DNA of 64,000 nucleotides from a virus: positions 1 through 64,000 of IMG/VR virus record IMGVR_UViG_3300042402_001868, one strand, 5' to 3'. Below are positions 1 through 9,201 of the stretch, piece by piece. The first letter of the stretch is position 1; each line of letters starts with the position of its first letter. The notes beneath the pieces are model-generated. The model saw nothing but the letters and a program-made list of their open reading frames with translations, was not told the origin of the DNA and did no database searches. A program made the position numbers and the translations under genes.

Positions 1-253
1 CCAAGTTAATCTTCAAATCATCTGGGTGATCCACTTCACCTAAAACGGAGTTACCTTCTTTAATCTGTTGATTAATAGTATTAACTGCCTTAGATATCTC
101 GTGTAAAGGATAGACACGTTCATTTGCATTGCGCTTGTTGCCTTCAATACAAATGCCTTTAAGATAGAGATTCTTACCTCCGCTGATATCAGCTTCCTCC
201 AACACCTGAATGTTGGCCTGATTAAAGGTAAGTTGTTCTCTTAGCGTCTTCAT
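1..253 (-). CDS. gp21: Prohead core protease (T4 gp21-like), 5' part; continues beyond the left edge
   Basis: Manual translation from the ATG at 253 gives MKTLREQLTFNQANIQVLEEADISGGKNLYLKGICIEGNKRNANERVYP...VLGEVDHPDDLKINL. The N-x-N-x-R-x-Y and LGE-x-DHP motifs are typical of gp21/U9 proteases. It lies downstream of the portal. Not in the ORF track. Confidence 0.88.
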   Translation of the reverse strand, partial: MKTLREQLTFNQANIQVLEEADISGGKNLYLKGICIEGNKRNANERVYPLHEISKAVNTINQQIKEGNSVLGEVDHPDDLKINL

Positions 254-256
254 TGC

Positions 257-1075
257 TTAGTTACGTGGTAGTGGGCTTCTAGCATTCACACCTGAGGCCT
301 GTGTTTTAACAGGAGCAGGAGCTGCCGACTTAAATGCCTTCTTACCTGCATCTTGTGTAGGTGTCACGCCGAGTTCTTTGACTGTGTTTTTGTAAGCACT
401 AGAGTCATGGTGTCCACCACCATCAGCACCTGTGTGTACTGGCTTGGCCATTGCACCACGTGCGCCTGAGTTGGCTGCTACTGTAGACTTTTTGTTTGTG
501 TTGCCTTCTTCAGAAGTAACTGGCTTTGGGGCTGCTTTTAGTTCAAGAGCTTCCATCATGCCCATTTCTTCTGTGTCGTCCATTTCAATAGCGTCGCCGC
601 CTTCGTCTGGACCCATCATGTCGCCGTTGCCGCCCATGTCGTCGTCACCCATTAGGTCTTCAAACTCAGCCATCAACTGGTCTAGTTTGTCTTCTAAATT
701 CATGATGTCGTCTTTGGTAGCCGGCTCGTCGCCGCCAAATTCATCATTGTCCATTTCCATGTCTTTGGTAAAATCTTCGCCGTCTTCTTCTGCTTCGTCG
801 TCAAACTCCGCATCAGATTCGTCGCCTTCGGCTTCCATGTTCATGTCAGATTCTTCTTCCATTTCCACGTCGTCGATTAGCTCATTACTAGCGTCGCCGC
901 CCATGCCTTCGTCTAGGTCTTCGTCTGCGCCTTCTTCAATTTCTTCGGCTTCTTCAGCCATGATGTCTTCGTAGATCTGGCGGCTTTTTTCCACAACGAT
1001 GTCGTGGAATAGTTCGCGAGCTTTTTGCTCGTCATCATTGATCACATATTCAATCAATTGTTCAAAACGGTTCAT
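257..1075 (-). CDS. Highly acidic head protein, probable prohead core/scaffold
   Basis: 272 aa, very E/D/M-rich with a basic C-terminus. It sits between portal and protease. SD AGGAG and a late-promoter-like TAAATA lie upstream. Confidence 0.6.
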   Translation of the reverse strand: MNRFEQLIEYVINDDEQKARELFHDIVVEKSRQIYEDIMAEEAEEIEEGADEDLDEGMGGDASNELIDDVEMEEESDMNMEAEGDESDAEFDDEAEEDGEDFTKDMEMDNDEFGGDEPATKDDIMNLEDKLDQLMAEFEDLMGDDDMGGNGDMMGPDEGGDAIEMDDTEEMGMMEALELKAAPKPVTSEEGNTNKKSTVAANSGARGAMAKPVHTGADGGGHHDSSAYKNTVKELGVTPTQDAGKKAFKSAAPAPVKTQASGVNARSPLPRN

Positions 1076-1106
1076 ATGAAAAACTCCTATAGGTAAAGTG
1101 TAATGT

Positions 1107-1114
1107 TATTTACG
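1107..1114 (-). promoter_or_regulatory. Late-promoter-like motif (CGTAAATA)
   Basis: TAAATA core of the T4 late promoter TATAAATA, about 30 nt upstream of the 1075 start. Confidence 0.5.
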
Positions 1115-1183
1115 CATAGGTAGAAATATAGGAGGTTTATGGCCACAAAACGACCATAAATTACCACTTTTGTGTAAGTTTTA

Positions 1184-1402
1184 TTACATCGGTGGTGCGG
1201 CTGGAGGTGCGTATTGTTGACGAACTAGTTTGAGTTTTTCTTTGTACTCATATGTTCGTACATCGTTCATTTTGCGCAGTTTGTTCAACTGACGTAAGGT
1301 AAGGCGACTCTTGCGCAGGTCGCCAATTTGCGGTTGACTATTGTCTTGTGCTGTGTCCTGATATGCTTCAGGTTCTTTGTGCCAAAATTCTGTTAGTAAC
1401 AT
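1184..1402 (-). CDS. Small hypothetical head-module protein
   Basis: 72 aa ORF between portal and scaffold, directly preceded by TATAAATA. Confidence 0.7.
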   Translation of the reverse strand: MLLTEFWHKEPEAYQDTAQDNSQPQIGDLRKSRLTLRQLNKLRKMNDVRTYEYKEKLKLVRQQYAPPAAPPM

Positions 1403-1407
1403 GATAC

Positions 1408-1415
1408 TATTTATA
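1408..1415 (-). promoter_or_regulatory. T4-type late promoter TATAAATA
   Basis: Exact consensus. It overlaps the portal stop codon and ends 5 nt before the ATG at 1402. Confidence 0.7.
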
Positions 1416-3192
1416 CTGGAGGAGGCGTAGGCATACCGGCACCGCCCGGAGCAGGTGGTACAGCCGCACCCATACCAGGCATGCCGCCAGGACCTGCTGG
1501 TGCCATCATTCCAATATCTTCACCAGTTTGAATGTCAGTTTCTAGCGCACCTGGGGTGATACCAACTGAACGTAGATCCTGCCCCGTAGCAGGTTGCATT
1601 TCTGGTGAATCGCGTTCTTCACGCCACAACTCTTCGTTCTTCTTGATTTCGTCTTCTGTCAAGCCCAAGAAACGTTCTAACATAAAACGTTTGCTCATGT
1701 AAGGCAAAGGTTCCATGCTGGTAAATGCTTGAATCCGTGTGTTGTCCAGTTCACTTTGACGATAACTTGCAAAGTTTTGAGGTGCATTAAACTTGATGGT
1801 AAACAGGCTAGAGTCTATGTTAAACCCACGCCATTTCATGAACATCTTGAATTCGTCGTCTAGTTTTTGGCAGATCAATGCTTGTAAACGTTCGCAGTAC
1901 TGGTTGAATCTGTATTCTTGTATCAGTGCTGTGCCCACTTTTCCGTCGTCAAATGTCTTGCCCGAGTCGTCTGGACCAGTGGGCAAATAGCTCGACGGCA
2001 CACGCAAGCCACGGGCCATTTTGTTGTTAAAGTACTTTAAGTCGTCAATTTCGCCTAGGTTTTGGCCACCTGGCAGGGTGTCTACTGAGCTGCCACGACC
2101 GTCTGCTGTTTGTGGGAAAAAGTAGTCTTCGTTGATACTGAGTGGGTTGTAACTGGCATCCATCATGTTTTGTCCGCCGCCACTCACTGTAGGGATTCTA
2201 CGCTGGTGCATTTCGTTTTTAATACGTTCTACAAACTGCATGGCCAAGTGACTGGGCATGTTGCCCACATCAATCTTGAAGATGCGTCGTTCAGGAGCAC
2301 GGCTCACACGATAGATAAGAATTGAGTCTTCCAGCAGTTCTTTCTGCTTGAACACTTTGTAGATATTTTCTAAGATGCTTTTGCCAAACGGCCAAAACAC
2401 ATCAAGTCCTTCGTTCAGGCTCATGTGCACCACGTGCTTGGCATCCAAGCAAACTTCGTTCATGGCCTGCATGAATCTGCTGTTGCCCACACCGCCTCCG
2501 GTGCCGCCATTGGGCATGGTATAGTTGGCAGAACCTGAAACTGATCCTGTCACAGGGTTGGTCATGTAGTCTGTGGTGGTCTTGGCTGCCACAGTCATGT
2601 TTTGAAAGTTGGGATTGATGTCTCGAATCACGTACTGTTCAGGACGCTTGCCTTCTGATTCGTTCACAATCACACGAGCCACTTTGGTCATGTCCACCCA
2701 CATCATTTCAAATGTTTCTGGATCACGCACAAAGATTTGATCGCCATACTTGATGGTATTACGGAACAGTTTGAAAATACGTTGATCTAGTTTGTTCAGC
2801 TTGACCCACTGTTGCAACTGCTTGCGAATAATATCAATCTCGTGATCAGTAGGTGTGTCAGAATATTTTACTTCAAATGGTGTGCCGTTTGTTTCGTTTG
2901 GCTGAGTAGAAAACTCTGAAATAATGTCCAAACAAGCATTGATCTCTGAATCCATGTCCATGTTTTCGTACTGGTTATATCGTTCAATACGATTGGGATG
3001 ACCCGAATAAACTTCTGGCAGTCGGCTGGCATAGTTACGATACACCATGTCTGCAGGGTAGTTGTCTGTGCCGTTATTCTTGCCGTACTGCGGATATCCG
3101 TCAGCATAGCGGCCAGAGATGGGACCTAACTGTCCAGTGGTATCAGCCACTTTGAAATATTTTTTCCAGCCGGGGGATTGTTTTTCTGCCAT
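1411..3192 (-). CDS. gp20: Portal vertex protein (T4 gp20-like)
   Basis: 593 aa with LLEDSILIYRVSRAPERRIFKIDVGNMP, EDYFFP, TLPGGQNLGEIDDLKYF and LRVPSS, all hallmark gp20 motifs. Confidence 0.95.
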   Translation of the reverse strand: MAEKQSPGWKKYFKVADTTGQLGPISGRYADGYPQYGKNNGTDNYPADMVYRNYASRLPEVYSGHPNRIERYNQYENMDMDSEINACLDIISEFSTQPNETNGTPFEVKYSDTPTDHEIDIIRKQLQQWVKLNKLDQRIFKLFRNTIKYGDQIFVRDPETFEMMWVDMTKVARVIVNESEGKRPEQYVIRDINPNFQNMTVAAKTTTDYMTNPVTGSVSGSANYTMPNGGTGGGVGNSRFMQAMNEVCLDAKHVVHMSLNEGLDVFWPFGKSILENIYKVFKQKELLEDSILIYRVSRAPERRIFKIDVGNMPSHLAMQFVERIKNEMHQRRIPTVSGGGQNMMDASYNPLSINEDYFFPQTADGRGSSVDTLPGGQNLGEIDDLKYFNNKMARGLRVPSSYLPTGPDDSGKTFDDGKVGTALIQEYRFNQYCERLQALICQKLDDEFKMFMKWRGFNIDSSLFTIKFNAPQNFASYRQSELDNTRIQAFTSMEPLPYMSKRFMLERFLGLTEDEIKKNEELWREERDSPEMQPATGQDLRSVGITPGALETDIQTGEDIGMMAPAGPGGMPGMGAAVPPAPGGAGMPTPPPV

Positions 3193-3199
3193 AGTAAGT

Positions 3200-3207
3200 T
3201 ATTTACC
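3200..3207 (-). promoter_or_regulatory. Late-promoter-like motif (GGTAAATA)
   Basis: TAAATA core 7 nt before the portal ATG. The same variant precedes the 20100 gene. Confidence 0.55.
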
Positions 3208-3211
3208 GTGT

Positions 3212-6031
3212 TTACATGGAAGTTTGCAGTATTCGTTCCTGGATACTGTTGCTGTCTTTCTGTGTTCGTATCATTTCAGCTAGTGCATCAATCATTCTAG
3301 ATGATTGTTCTTCTTGTCGAGCTGATTGTTTTTCCAGAGCATCTGCCAACATTCGTTCATATCTTTGCGCACCATCATCTAGAGCTGACTTTGCGTCTGT
3401 TGAGTTTGATTTTAACATTTCCTGAGCATCTGCTAATCCAAATTGTCCATTTTTAAAATCAGCTATGGTAGATTTTAACAAATCTATGTCAGTTAGTTTA
3501 GCAAACTGTGTGGACAGTTCTCCAAACCCTGTTTCAAATATTTTACTCATGTGATTATCATCTGGTGATGGTCCCATGTTTAAATTAATCGGAATTGCAC
3601 CGTTTACTAGTGGAATCATTGCCTCTGGGCCTTTTTCAGCAACCATGGCAATTTGTGGAGTTGATGCAATTCCCCCGTCAGCATACCCGGGAATCTGTGC
3701 ATGTATATGTCCAGCAGTGGCTTTTGAACTAGGGAAATTGTATTCGTCTATTACTACACTAGCACCCATACTTTTAAGATATTTAGAAATTTCCTGGCCT
3801 TCTTCTACACTAGGTGCTTGTGACAACGCAAAGTCCATAGCACGACCACTGGTGTGACTACTGCTTGGAGATTTTTCCTGGTGGAACTTGTCGTTAAATC
3901 CAGAAAAATAAGCAAAGTTAGGAAGATTTGCCTGTACTTGTTTGGCTATATCAATTATCTTAGGGCTGACTTTGCTGCCTTCAGCATGCACGTCACCTTC
4001 TTTGATAGTGAGTCCTTCTAGATCTCCTTCGCCTGTTTTGGTAGGTCTGCCAGTCGATGGAGGTGCTACTGACTTGGGTGCCGATGCTTGTTGTTTTGCA
4101 AGGTCTGCTTTGGCAGCGTCACGCATGCCGCCTTTGTTGGCTCTAAGATCTTTTTGTTTGTTATACGCCTCCCACATTTCTTTTTGTTTTGTCTTTTGCT
4201 GGTTGTCAAGGTCAAAGCCCCATTGTTGTGCCGTGGTGCCTGTGCTTTTTGCTTTCTCAAAAGCGGCTATTTTAATTTTAAGTTCCTCGTCGGCACGTTT
4301 TAGTACTTCGGCATCAAGTTTAGCGTTTGTTTCTTGTTTGACTATTACTGCTTTTTCTTCGTTTAGTAAGTCAATTTTTTCTTTGTAAAAGTTGGCTTCT
4401 CGGTCAGCGGCTACTTTTTCATCAGGAGTTTTTGCTGATTTTTGTGCGGCTTGTGCTTCTTTTAATTTTGATTCTGCAGTTCCAATTTCTTGTTGCTTTA
4501 CCGCACTTGCGTCTTCTTTGGTTCCAAGTCCAAGAATGTTCAATAACTTGTTGACTCCTGTGGTCAATGTTTCAAACGCTGTGGTCAAAGCACTGGTTGC
4601 ATTGCCCAGTTTATTGGTAAGACTCAATGCGTTGTCAATACCTTTGAACACAGCATCTTCCAGGCGTTTGTTGAGTTCTTGCTGTTGCTTGATATTCTTA
4701 GCATACTGTTCAGTTATCTTATCTGCGGCTGTTCCACCTTCAATACCTTGCTTTTTGGCATCATCAACGATTTTTTTCATTGCATCAGCCTTATTTTCTT
4801 CTGTAAATATACCAAATTGTACTGTTTGTGCATAGTCTATTGCAAAGTCGTTAAGAACACCCAACTGCGCAGACATATTCATGTCTTTGCCAAATTGTTT
4901 AGCAACTTTTCCAATGTCTGTTACTGCCTGAAATTCGTCCTTTTGTCCAGCAAGCATTTGTTGTGTACTACGCATTAGTTCTCCCTGCGTAGTCATATTG
5001 CCTTTTAAAGCTGCTTCGGTGGTGAGCATGCCAGTGGAAGTGTCTCGGAAGGCCTGTCCCATTTCTTTGCTTTGACTGCTGATAATTATGTTGGCATTTT
5101 CCAGGCGTTTGGCCGCGTCTTCACCTTGTTCTGCTCGTACTTGTTCTAGCTTGGCTCGGAAACGTTGCTCGCTACGAGCGGCTTCCATTTGATCTTCTAT
5201 TTCTTTGCGCGATGTTCCAGTTAGCTTGGTCAATGCATCTTGTTCAATCAAATAACGTCTAGCACCTTCTGCCAATTGATCGGTAGTCATGCGTTGTGCC
5301 GCACCAATCCTGGTCTGCAGTTTTAGATATCCCATTGAACCTTCATTGATCATTTCCTGAGATATACCAGCCGCAATCAAACCCTTGCGATAGGGCTCCA
5401 TGGCTTCACCCATGTCTTCAAACTGTTTACGTCCTGCATATACTGATCCAGATAGCAATGCTAGATCTTTGGAATTCTGACCTATTAGACCTATGTACCC
5501 GTCTAATTCATTCATGCTCAGGCCAAGTTTCTTGGCACCGTTATACACACCAGTCATGCCATCACTAGCAGCGGCACCCGACTTGGCCAGCCCCGAATAT
5601 CCTTTGTACAGTTTATCAGCCATGTCGTTGGCTGCTTTGACATATTCTGCTGTGGCTGTGACTGCCGCAGTCAACCCTGCAATAAACAACTTGATCAGCG
5701 GGCCGCCAGGAATCATCAAAGCCAGTGCAATACCAGCTGCCTGGGCAGCCTTGGCCATACCATCAATACTGTCGTTAAACGCCGCGGCACCTTTTTTGCC
5801 TTCGTACATGGCCTTGCCGGCTGCCACACCAGCACCAGCAAGCGAAGTTAGGCCTTCGCCCAAACTGGCTAGACCTTTGGTAGCGTTGTTGATGCCAGTT
5901 TTGTTTTTCATTTCAGCATCAAACTTGTCGTCAGCAGTTTGCTTGGTTATTCTGCCGTAGTAGGCCATTTCCCGATTTACATCTTCAAGTATTCGAGCTA
6001 GTTCTTCCATCTGTGCATTTGTGTCGGCCAT
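3212..6031 (-). CDS. Tape-measure-like tail protein with a C-terminal peptidase M15-like (Zn, LAS) domain
   Basis: 939 aa, helical and A/Q/K-rich with a hydrophobic segment (GIALALMIPGGPLIKLFIAGL). Carries H-x6-D (HTSGRAMD) and HxH (GHIH), plus GYADGGI...VAEKGPEAMIPL, a motif common in tape-measure C-termini. Confidence 0.7.
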   Translation of the reverse strand: MADTNAQMEELARILEDVNREMAYYGRITKQTADDKFDAEMKNKTGINNATKGLASLGEGLTSLAGAGVAAGKAMYEGKKGAAAFNDSIDGMAKAAQAAGIALALMIPGGPLIKLFIAGLTAAVTATAEYVKAANDMADKLYKGYSGLAKSGAAASDGMTGVYNGAKKLGLSMNELDGYIGLIGQNSKDLALLSGSVYAGRKQFEDMGEAMEPYRKGLIAAGISQEMINEGSMGYLKLQTRIGAAQRMTTDQLAEGARRYLIEQDALTKLTGTSRKEIEDQMEAARSEQRFRAKLEQVRAEQGEDAAKRLENANIIISSQSKEMGQAFRDTSTGMLTTEAALKGNMTTQGELMRSTQQMLAGQKDEFQAVTDIGKVAKQFGKDMNMSAQLGVLNDFAIDYAQTVQFGIFTEENKADAMKKIVDDAKKQGIEGGTAADKITEQYAKNIKQQQELNKRLEDAVFKGIDNALSLTNKLGNATSALTTAFETLTTGVNKLLNILGLGTKEDASAVKQQEIGTAESKLKEAQAAQKSAKTPDEKVAADREANFYKEKIDLLNEEKAVIVKQETNAKLDAEVLKRADEELKIKIAAFEKAKSTGTTAQQWGFDLDNQQKTKQKEMWEAYNKQKDLRANKGGMRDAAKADLAKQQASAPKSVAPPSTGRPTKTGEGDLEGLTIKEGDVHAEGSKVSPKIIDIAKQVQANLPNFAYFSGFNDKFHQEKSPSSSHTSGRAMDFALSQAPSVEEGQEISKYLKSMGASVVIDEYNFPSSKATAGHIHAQIPGYADGGIASTPQIAMVAEKGPEAMIPLVNGAIPINLNMGPSPDDNHMSKIFETGFGELSTQFAKLTDIDLLKSTIADFKNGQFGLADAQEMLKSNSTDAKSALDDGAQRYERMLADALEKQSARQEEQSSRMIDALAEMIRTQKDSNSIQERILQTSM

Positions 6032-6042
6032 GGTGTTTTACC

Positions 6043-6064
6043 TATAAGTAGAAGTATATTTATA
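6043..6064. promoter_or_regulatory. Closely spaced late promoters for the two divergent genes (TATAAGTA on + at 6043-6050; TATAAATA on - at 6057-6064)
   Basis: Both motifs lie in the 41-bp gap between the divergent tape-measure and gp26-like genes. Confidence 0.55.
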
Positions 6065-6072
6065 GGTGCAAA

Positions 6073-6915
6073 ATGACCCAAACTGCTAACCCTTTACGTC
6101 AATTTTTTAGACAACCAGCAATTTACTTGAGACTGCCGAGCAATGGAAATTTCTGGCCCAAGGACTCGATAGATTTTCCAGCCAATATGGAATTGCCAGT
6201 TTTGCCAATGACTGCTATCGACGAAATCACGTATCGTACTCCAGATGCACTGTTCAACGGACAAGCTGTGGTTTCTGTTATTCAAAGTTGTGTGCCAAAC
6301 ATCAAAGATGCATGGAAAACTCCCAGCATTGATATCAACGCCATTTTGGTTGCTCTTAGAATTGCCAGCTACGGGCATGAACTAGAAATAACATCCACTT
6401 GTCCAAAATGTGCTGAACCAGGAGACTTTAATCTTGATTTAAGAACCGTACTTGATCAGATCAAATCTCCAGACTTTGCAGAAAGTATCAAGCACGGGGA
6501 TCTAGAAATATTTTTCAAACCCATGGACTATGCTGAACAACATAATACCAACCACGAGCAGTGGCAGGAACAACGGTTAATTCAGATGATTCCCGGTTCA
6601 GACTTGCCTGATGACGAAAAAATTGCCAAACTCAATGAGGCATTGCAAAAACTCACCAAGCTCACTGTGAATGCACTAAAGCACAGCATTGCCTGTATCA
6701 AAACACCCAAAGCAATGGTAACCGAAACAGAATTTATTTCTGAATTTTTAAGCAACTGCGATAGAAAATTGTTTAACCAGATCAGAGATCAAGTGATTGT
6801 CTATAGAGAAAGCACAGAGTTCAAACCCATGCATTTGACTTGCCATAGTTGTGAACACGAATATAATCAAGCGTTAACATTGGACATGGCAAGTTTTTTC
6901 GAACCCGCCTCCTGA
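6073..6915 (+). CDS. gp26: Baseplate hub assembly protein / tail assembly chaperone (T4 gp26-like)
   Basis: LPSNG..PMTAIDEI..DINAILVALRIASYG and two CxxC pairs (CPKC, CHSC). It ends ...SFF on a slippery T-TTT-TTC. Confidence 0.75.
   Translation: MTQTANPLRQFFRQPAIYLRLPSNGNFWPKDSIDFPANMELPVLPMTAIDEITYRTPDALFNGQAVVSVIQSCVPNIKDAWKTPSIDINAILVALRIASYGHELEITSTCPKCAEPGDFNLDLRTVLDQIKSPDFAESIKHGDLEIFFKPMDYAEQHNTNHEQWQEQRLIQMIPGSDLPDDEKIAKLNEALQKLTKLTVNALKHSIACIKTPKAMVTETEFISEFLSNCDRKLFNQIRDQVIVYRESTEFKPMHLTCHSCEHEYNQALTLDMASFFEPAS
6894..6900 (+). other. Putative -1 programmed ribosomal frameshift site T TTT TTC
   Basis: In-frame X XXY YYZ heptamer 4 sense codons before the stop. The -1 frame is open and continuous with ORF 6933-7130. 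Confidence 0.7.
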
Positions 6916-6932
6916 CCGCCAATCACTCCCAA

Positions 6933-7130
6933 GTGGAGGATTTGTTAAATCAAATGGAGCGGGAGGCTAACGAATTAAAACGTCAAGGTTTAAAAATGTC
7001 ATGGTACATGCGTGGTGGTGCCACATATGATGATGTGATGAATATGAGTCATGCCGAGCGAACCATGATCAGTGAGTTGATCAAGGACAATCTTGAAACA
7101 ACTAAAAACAGTAAACTACCGTTCTTCTAA
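6933..7130 (+). CDS. gp51-like / frameshift-extension part of the tail chaperone
   Basis: 65 aa from a GTG with no evident SD. W-Y-M-R-G-G...M-x3-ER pattern. It is in the -1 frame of the gp26-like gene. Confidence 0.65.
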   Translation: MEDLLNQMEREANELKRQGLKMSWYMRGGATYDDVMNMSHAERTMISELIKDNLETTKNSKLPFF

Positions 7131-7633
7131 TGGATATAGATCAAGTTAAACAAGATATTGAAAAGTGGATCATGGATTTTGTAGAAGTCCCTCATGCTGC
7201 CTTGGGTGGATTTCCACCTTGCCCTTACGCACGTAGCGCAAGACTAAAACAAAGCTACGATATATTCATTGGTAGCGATCCTTACTTTGACCTAAAAAAT
7301 CGAGCCCGTTATGGCATGGGCAATCGAGAAGTTGTGGTGTATGCATACGACCCTCAAGAATGGCCACATGATTTGTTTGCCAGCAGTTTAGATCAAGCCA
7401 ACAGAGATTTTTTACTGGCAGCAGATATACTAGCCCTGGAAGATCATCCCAACGATGTGGAAATAGTAAATGGCATTTGCATGAATCAAGGCACATATGC
7501 CCTGGCTCTTGTGCAGAGTCTAAGTGATCTCAATGTCAAAGCACGACTAATGGCCAGCAAAGGATTTTACGACTCCTGGCCAGACGATTATCTAACTGCG
7601 CTATTTCAGCACAGGGAGGATCCTCGCAAATGA
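7130..7633 (+). CDS. Hypothetical protein, DUF1415-like
   Basis: W-x-x-x-F-V...PCPYA and EDHP motifs resemble DUF1415 (LCPFA...FHP). Translationally coupled (TAATG). Confidence 0.5.
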   Translation: MDIDQVKQDIEKWIMDFVEVPHAALGGFPPCPYARSARLKQSYDIFIGSDPYFDLKNRARYGMGNREVVVYAYDPQEWPHDLFASSLDQANRDFLLAADILALEDHPNDVEIVNGICMNQGTYALALVQSLSDLNVKARLMASKGFYDSWPDDYLTALFQHREDPRK

Positions 7634-8064
7634 CATATCAATTTGCTAGAATAAATCTAGAAAAAACTACCTACAAGCCCGCAGTTGATTGGTTTTATAT
7701 CACCAAACCCAATATTGCAGAGCTACAAGACATATACAGAACCTATTGCACCTACAAACACTTTGCTAGTGTAATGCCGCTGTTTGACAGTCAGTTCACA
7801 GAGCCAGGCACAGATTTAATTGGCTATAGAGACAACGGTGAACTGGCAGCGTTTTCCATGATAAAACGGTACGACGACAAGAATTTATTAGCCGCACAAT
7901 TTGCCTGGAACTATCGCAAACCCCGACTACGTTTGGGAATCTCAAGTTTACAAACAGAATGTGCAATCTACAGAGACCGCGGATTCCAGTACTTGTATCT
8001 GGATCAAGCGCACTTGTACAAACAAGACCTTGAAGGTTTTGAAATACTGGGACCGTTAGAATAA
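7630..8064 (+). CDS. ATE/Bpt-like aminoacyl-tRNA transferase (GNAT-like C-terminal domain)
   Basis: YRKPRLRLGISSLQTECAIYRDRGFQYLYL...YKQDLEGFEIL matches the ATE_C pattern (YDP..SLG...EI..A...G..YLYLG...YK..F...E.L). Confidence 0.55.
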   Translation: MTYQFARINLEKTTYKPAVDWFYITKPNIAELQDIYRTYCTYKHFASVMPLFDSQFTEPGTDLIGYRDNGELAAFSMIKRYDDKNLLAAQFAWNYRKPRLRLGISSLQTECAIYRDRGFQYLYLDQAHLYKQDLEGFEILGPLE

Positions 8065-9200
8065 TGTACAGTGTATATCAACATTGGGACCCACTTCGAG
8101 TATGTGTGGTAGGTAGAAGTTATCCTCCAGAGTTTTACTCCTGGATCAACGTACCTCACGTGCGCAGTTTGTTTGAAAAAATTGCAATCGAAACTGAAGA
8201 AGACTATCAGAACATTATTAAAAAACTCCAGGAGTTTGGTGTTGAAGTTTTACGTCCAGATTTATCTAGTGAAACATTTGTCAAGGGTCAGTATGTTCCT
8301 CCTCCTATGACTCCTAGAGATTATACTGTCATGGTTGGCGATACATTTTACACGCAATACGGCAACATTGATCATCAAATAAAATTATTTTATAACAGAG
8401 TTAAAGATATTTCCTGGCCAAACTGTAACAATCTGTCAGAGTTCAATAATCTACCAGTTTATATACAAGACGAATGTAAAAATGTTCATCAATTTGACCA
8501 GTATGTTTTTAAAACAAATCCGTACAACAAAATTGTCGAGCATATCAAACAACATGGTAATGTTGTTAAAACACTAGACAACCAGAATATCAACGGTGCT
8601 ATGATATCTCGCATAGGAAAAGACTTGTACTTTGGTACAGACTTGTATCAAGATAATCAAACAGATATCAAGAATCAAATGGATCTTGAATTTTCAAATT
8701 ACAGAAATCATGTTGTCAATACTGGTGGTCACTCTGATGCAACATATTGTCCAGTATGCCCTGGACTAATTGTAAGTCTAGTAGATGTACCGACCTATGC
8801 AGACACTTATCCTGGATGGGAAGTGATATATTTGCCTGGTCAGAGTTGGCACAAGGTCAGACCTTTTTTAGATCTTAAAGAAAAAAATAAAGGCAAGTGG
8901 TGGATTCCTGGGTTTGAATACGATCAAGATGTAGTTGATGTTGTTGAAACCTGGTTAGGACATTGGACTGGGTATGTAGAAGAAACTGTGTTTGACGTTA
9001 ATATGTTGATTGTTGATCCTAAAAATGTTATAGTATTTAATTACAACAAAACAGTTTTTGATGCGCTAGATCGTTATGGCATTACCCCGCATATTGTGCC
9101 TTTCAGACATAGATATTTTTGGGACGGTGGTATACACTGTGTAACTAGTGATATACACCGAGAAGGCACAATGCAAGATTATTTTAAAGAAAGAAGTTAA
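8064..9200 (+). CDS. Amidinotransferase (glycine/inosamine-phosphate amidinotransferase family)
   Basis: N-terminal HWDPLRVCVVG, PRD, HSD, DVNML and the C-terminal catalytic GGIHCVTSDIHREG. Confidence 0.85.
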   Translation: MYSVYQHWDPLRVCVVGRSYPPEFYSWINVPHVRSLFEKIAIETEEDYQNIIKKLQEFGVEVLRPDLSSETFVKGQYVPPPMTPRDYTVMVGDTFYTQYGNIDHQIKLFYNRVKDISWPNCNNLSEFNNLPVYIQDECKNVHQFDQYVFKTNPYNKIVEHIKQHGNVVKTLDNQNINGAMISRIGKDLYFGTDLYQDNQTDIKNQMDLEFSNYRNHVVNTGGHSDATYCPVCPGLIVSLVDVPTYADTYPGWEVIYLPGQSWHKVRPFLDLKEKNKGKWWIPGFEYDQDVVDVVETWLGHWTGYVEETVFDVNMLIVDPKNVIVFNYNKTVFDALDRYGITPHIVPFRHRYFWDGGIHCVTSDIHREGTMQDYFKERS

Positions 9201-9201
9201 C

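Noticed and set aside
432-5960. Plus-strand ORFs (432-974, 3942-4388, 4392-4835, 5493-5960 and others)
   Set aside because: Antisense shadows of the scaffold, portal and tape-measure genes; Ser/Ala/Leu-rich with no motifs
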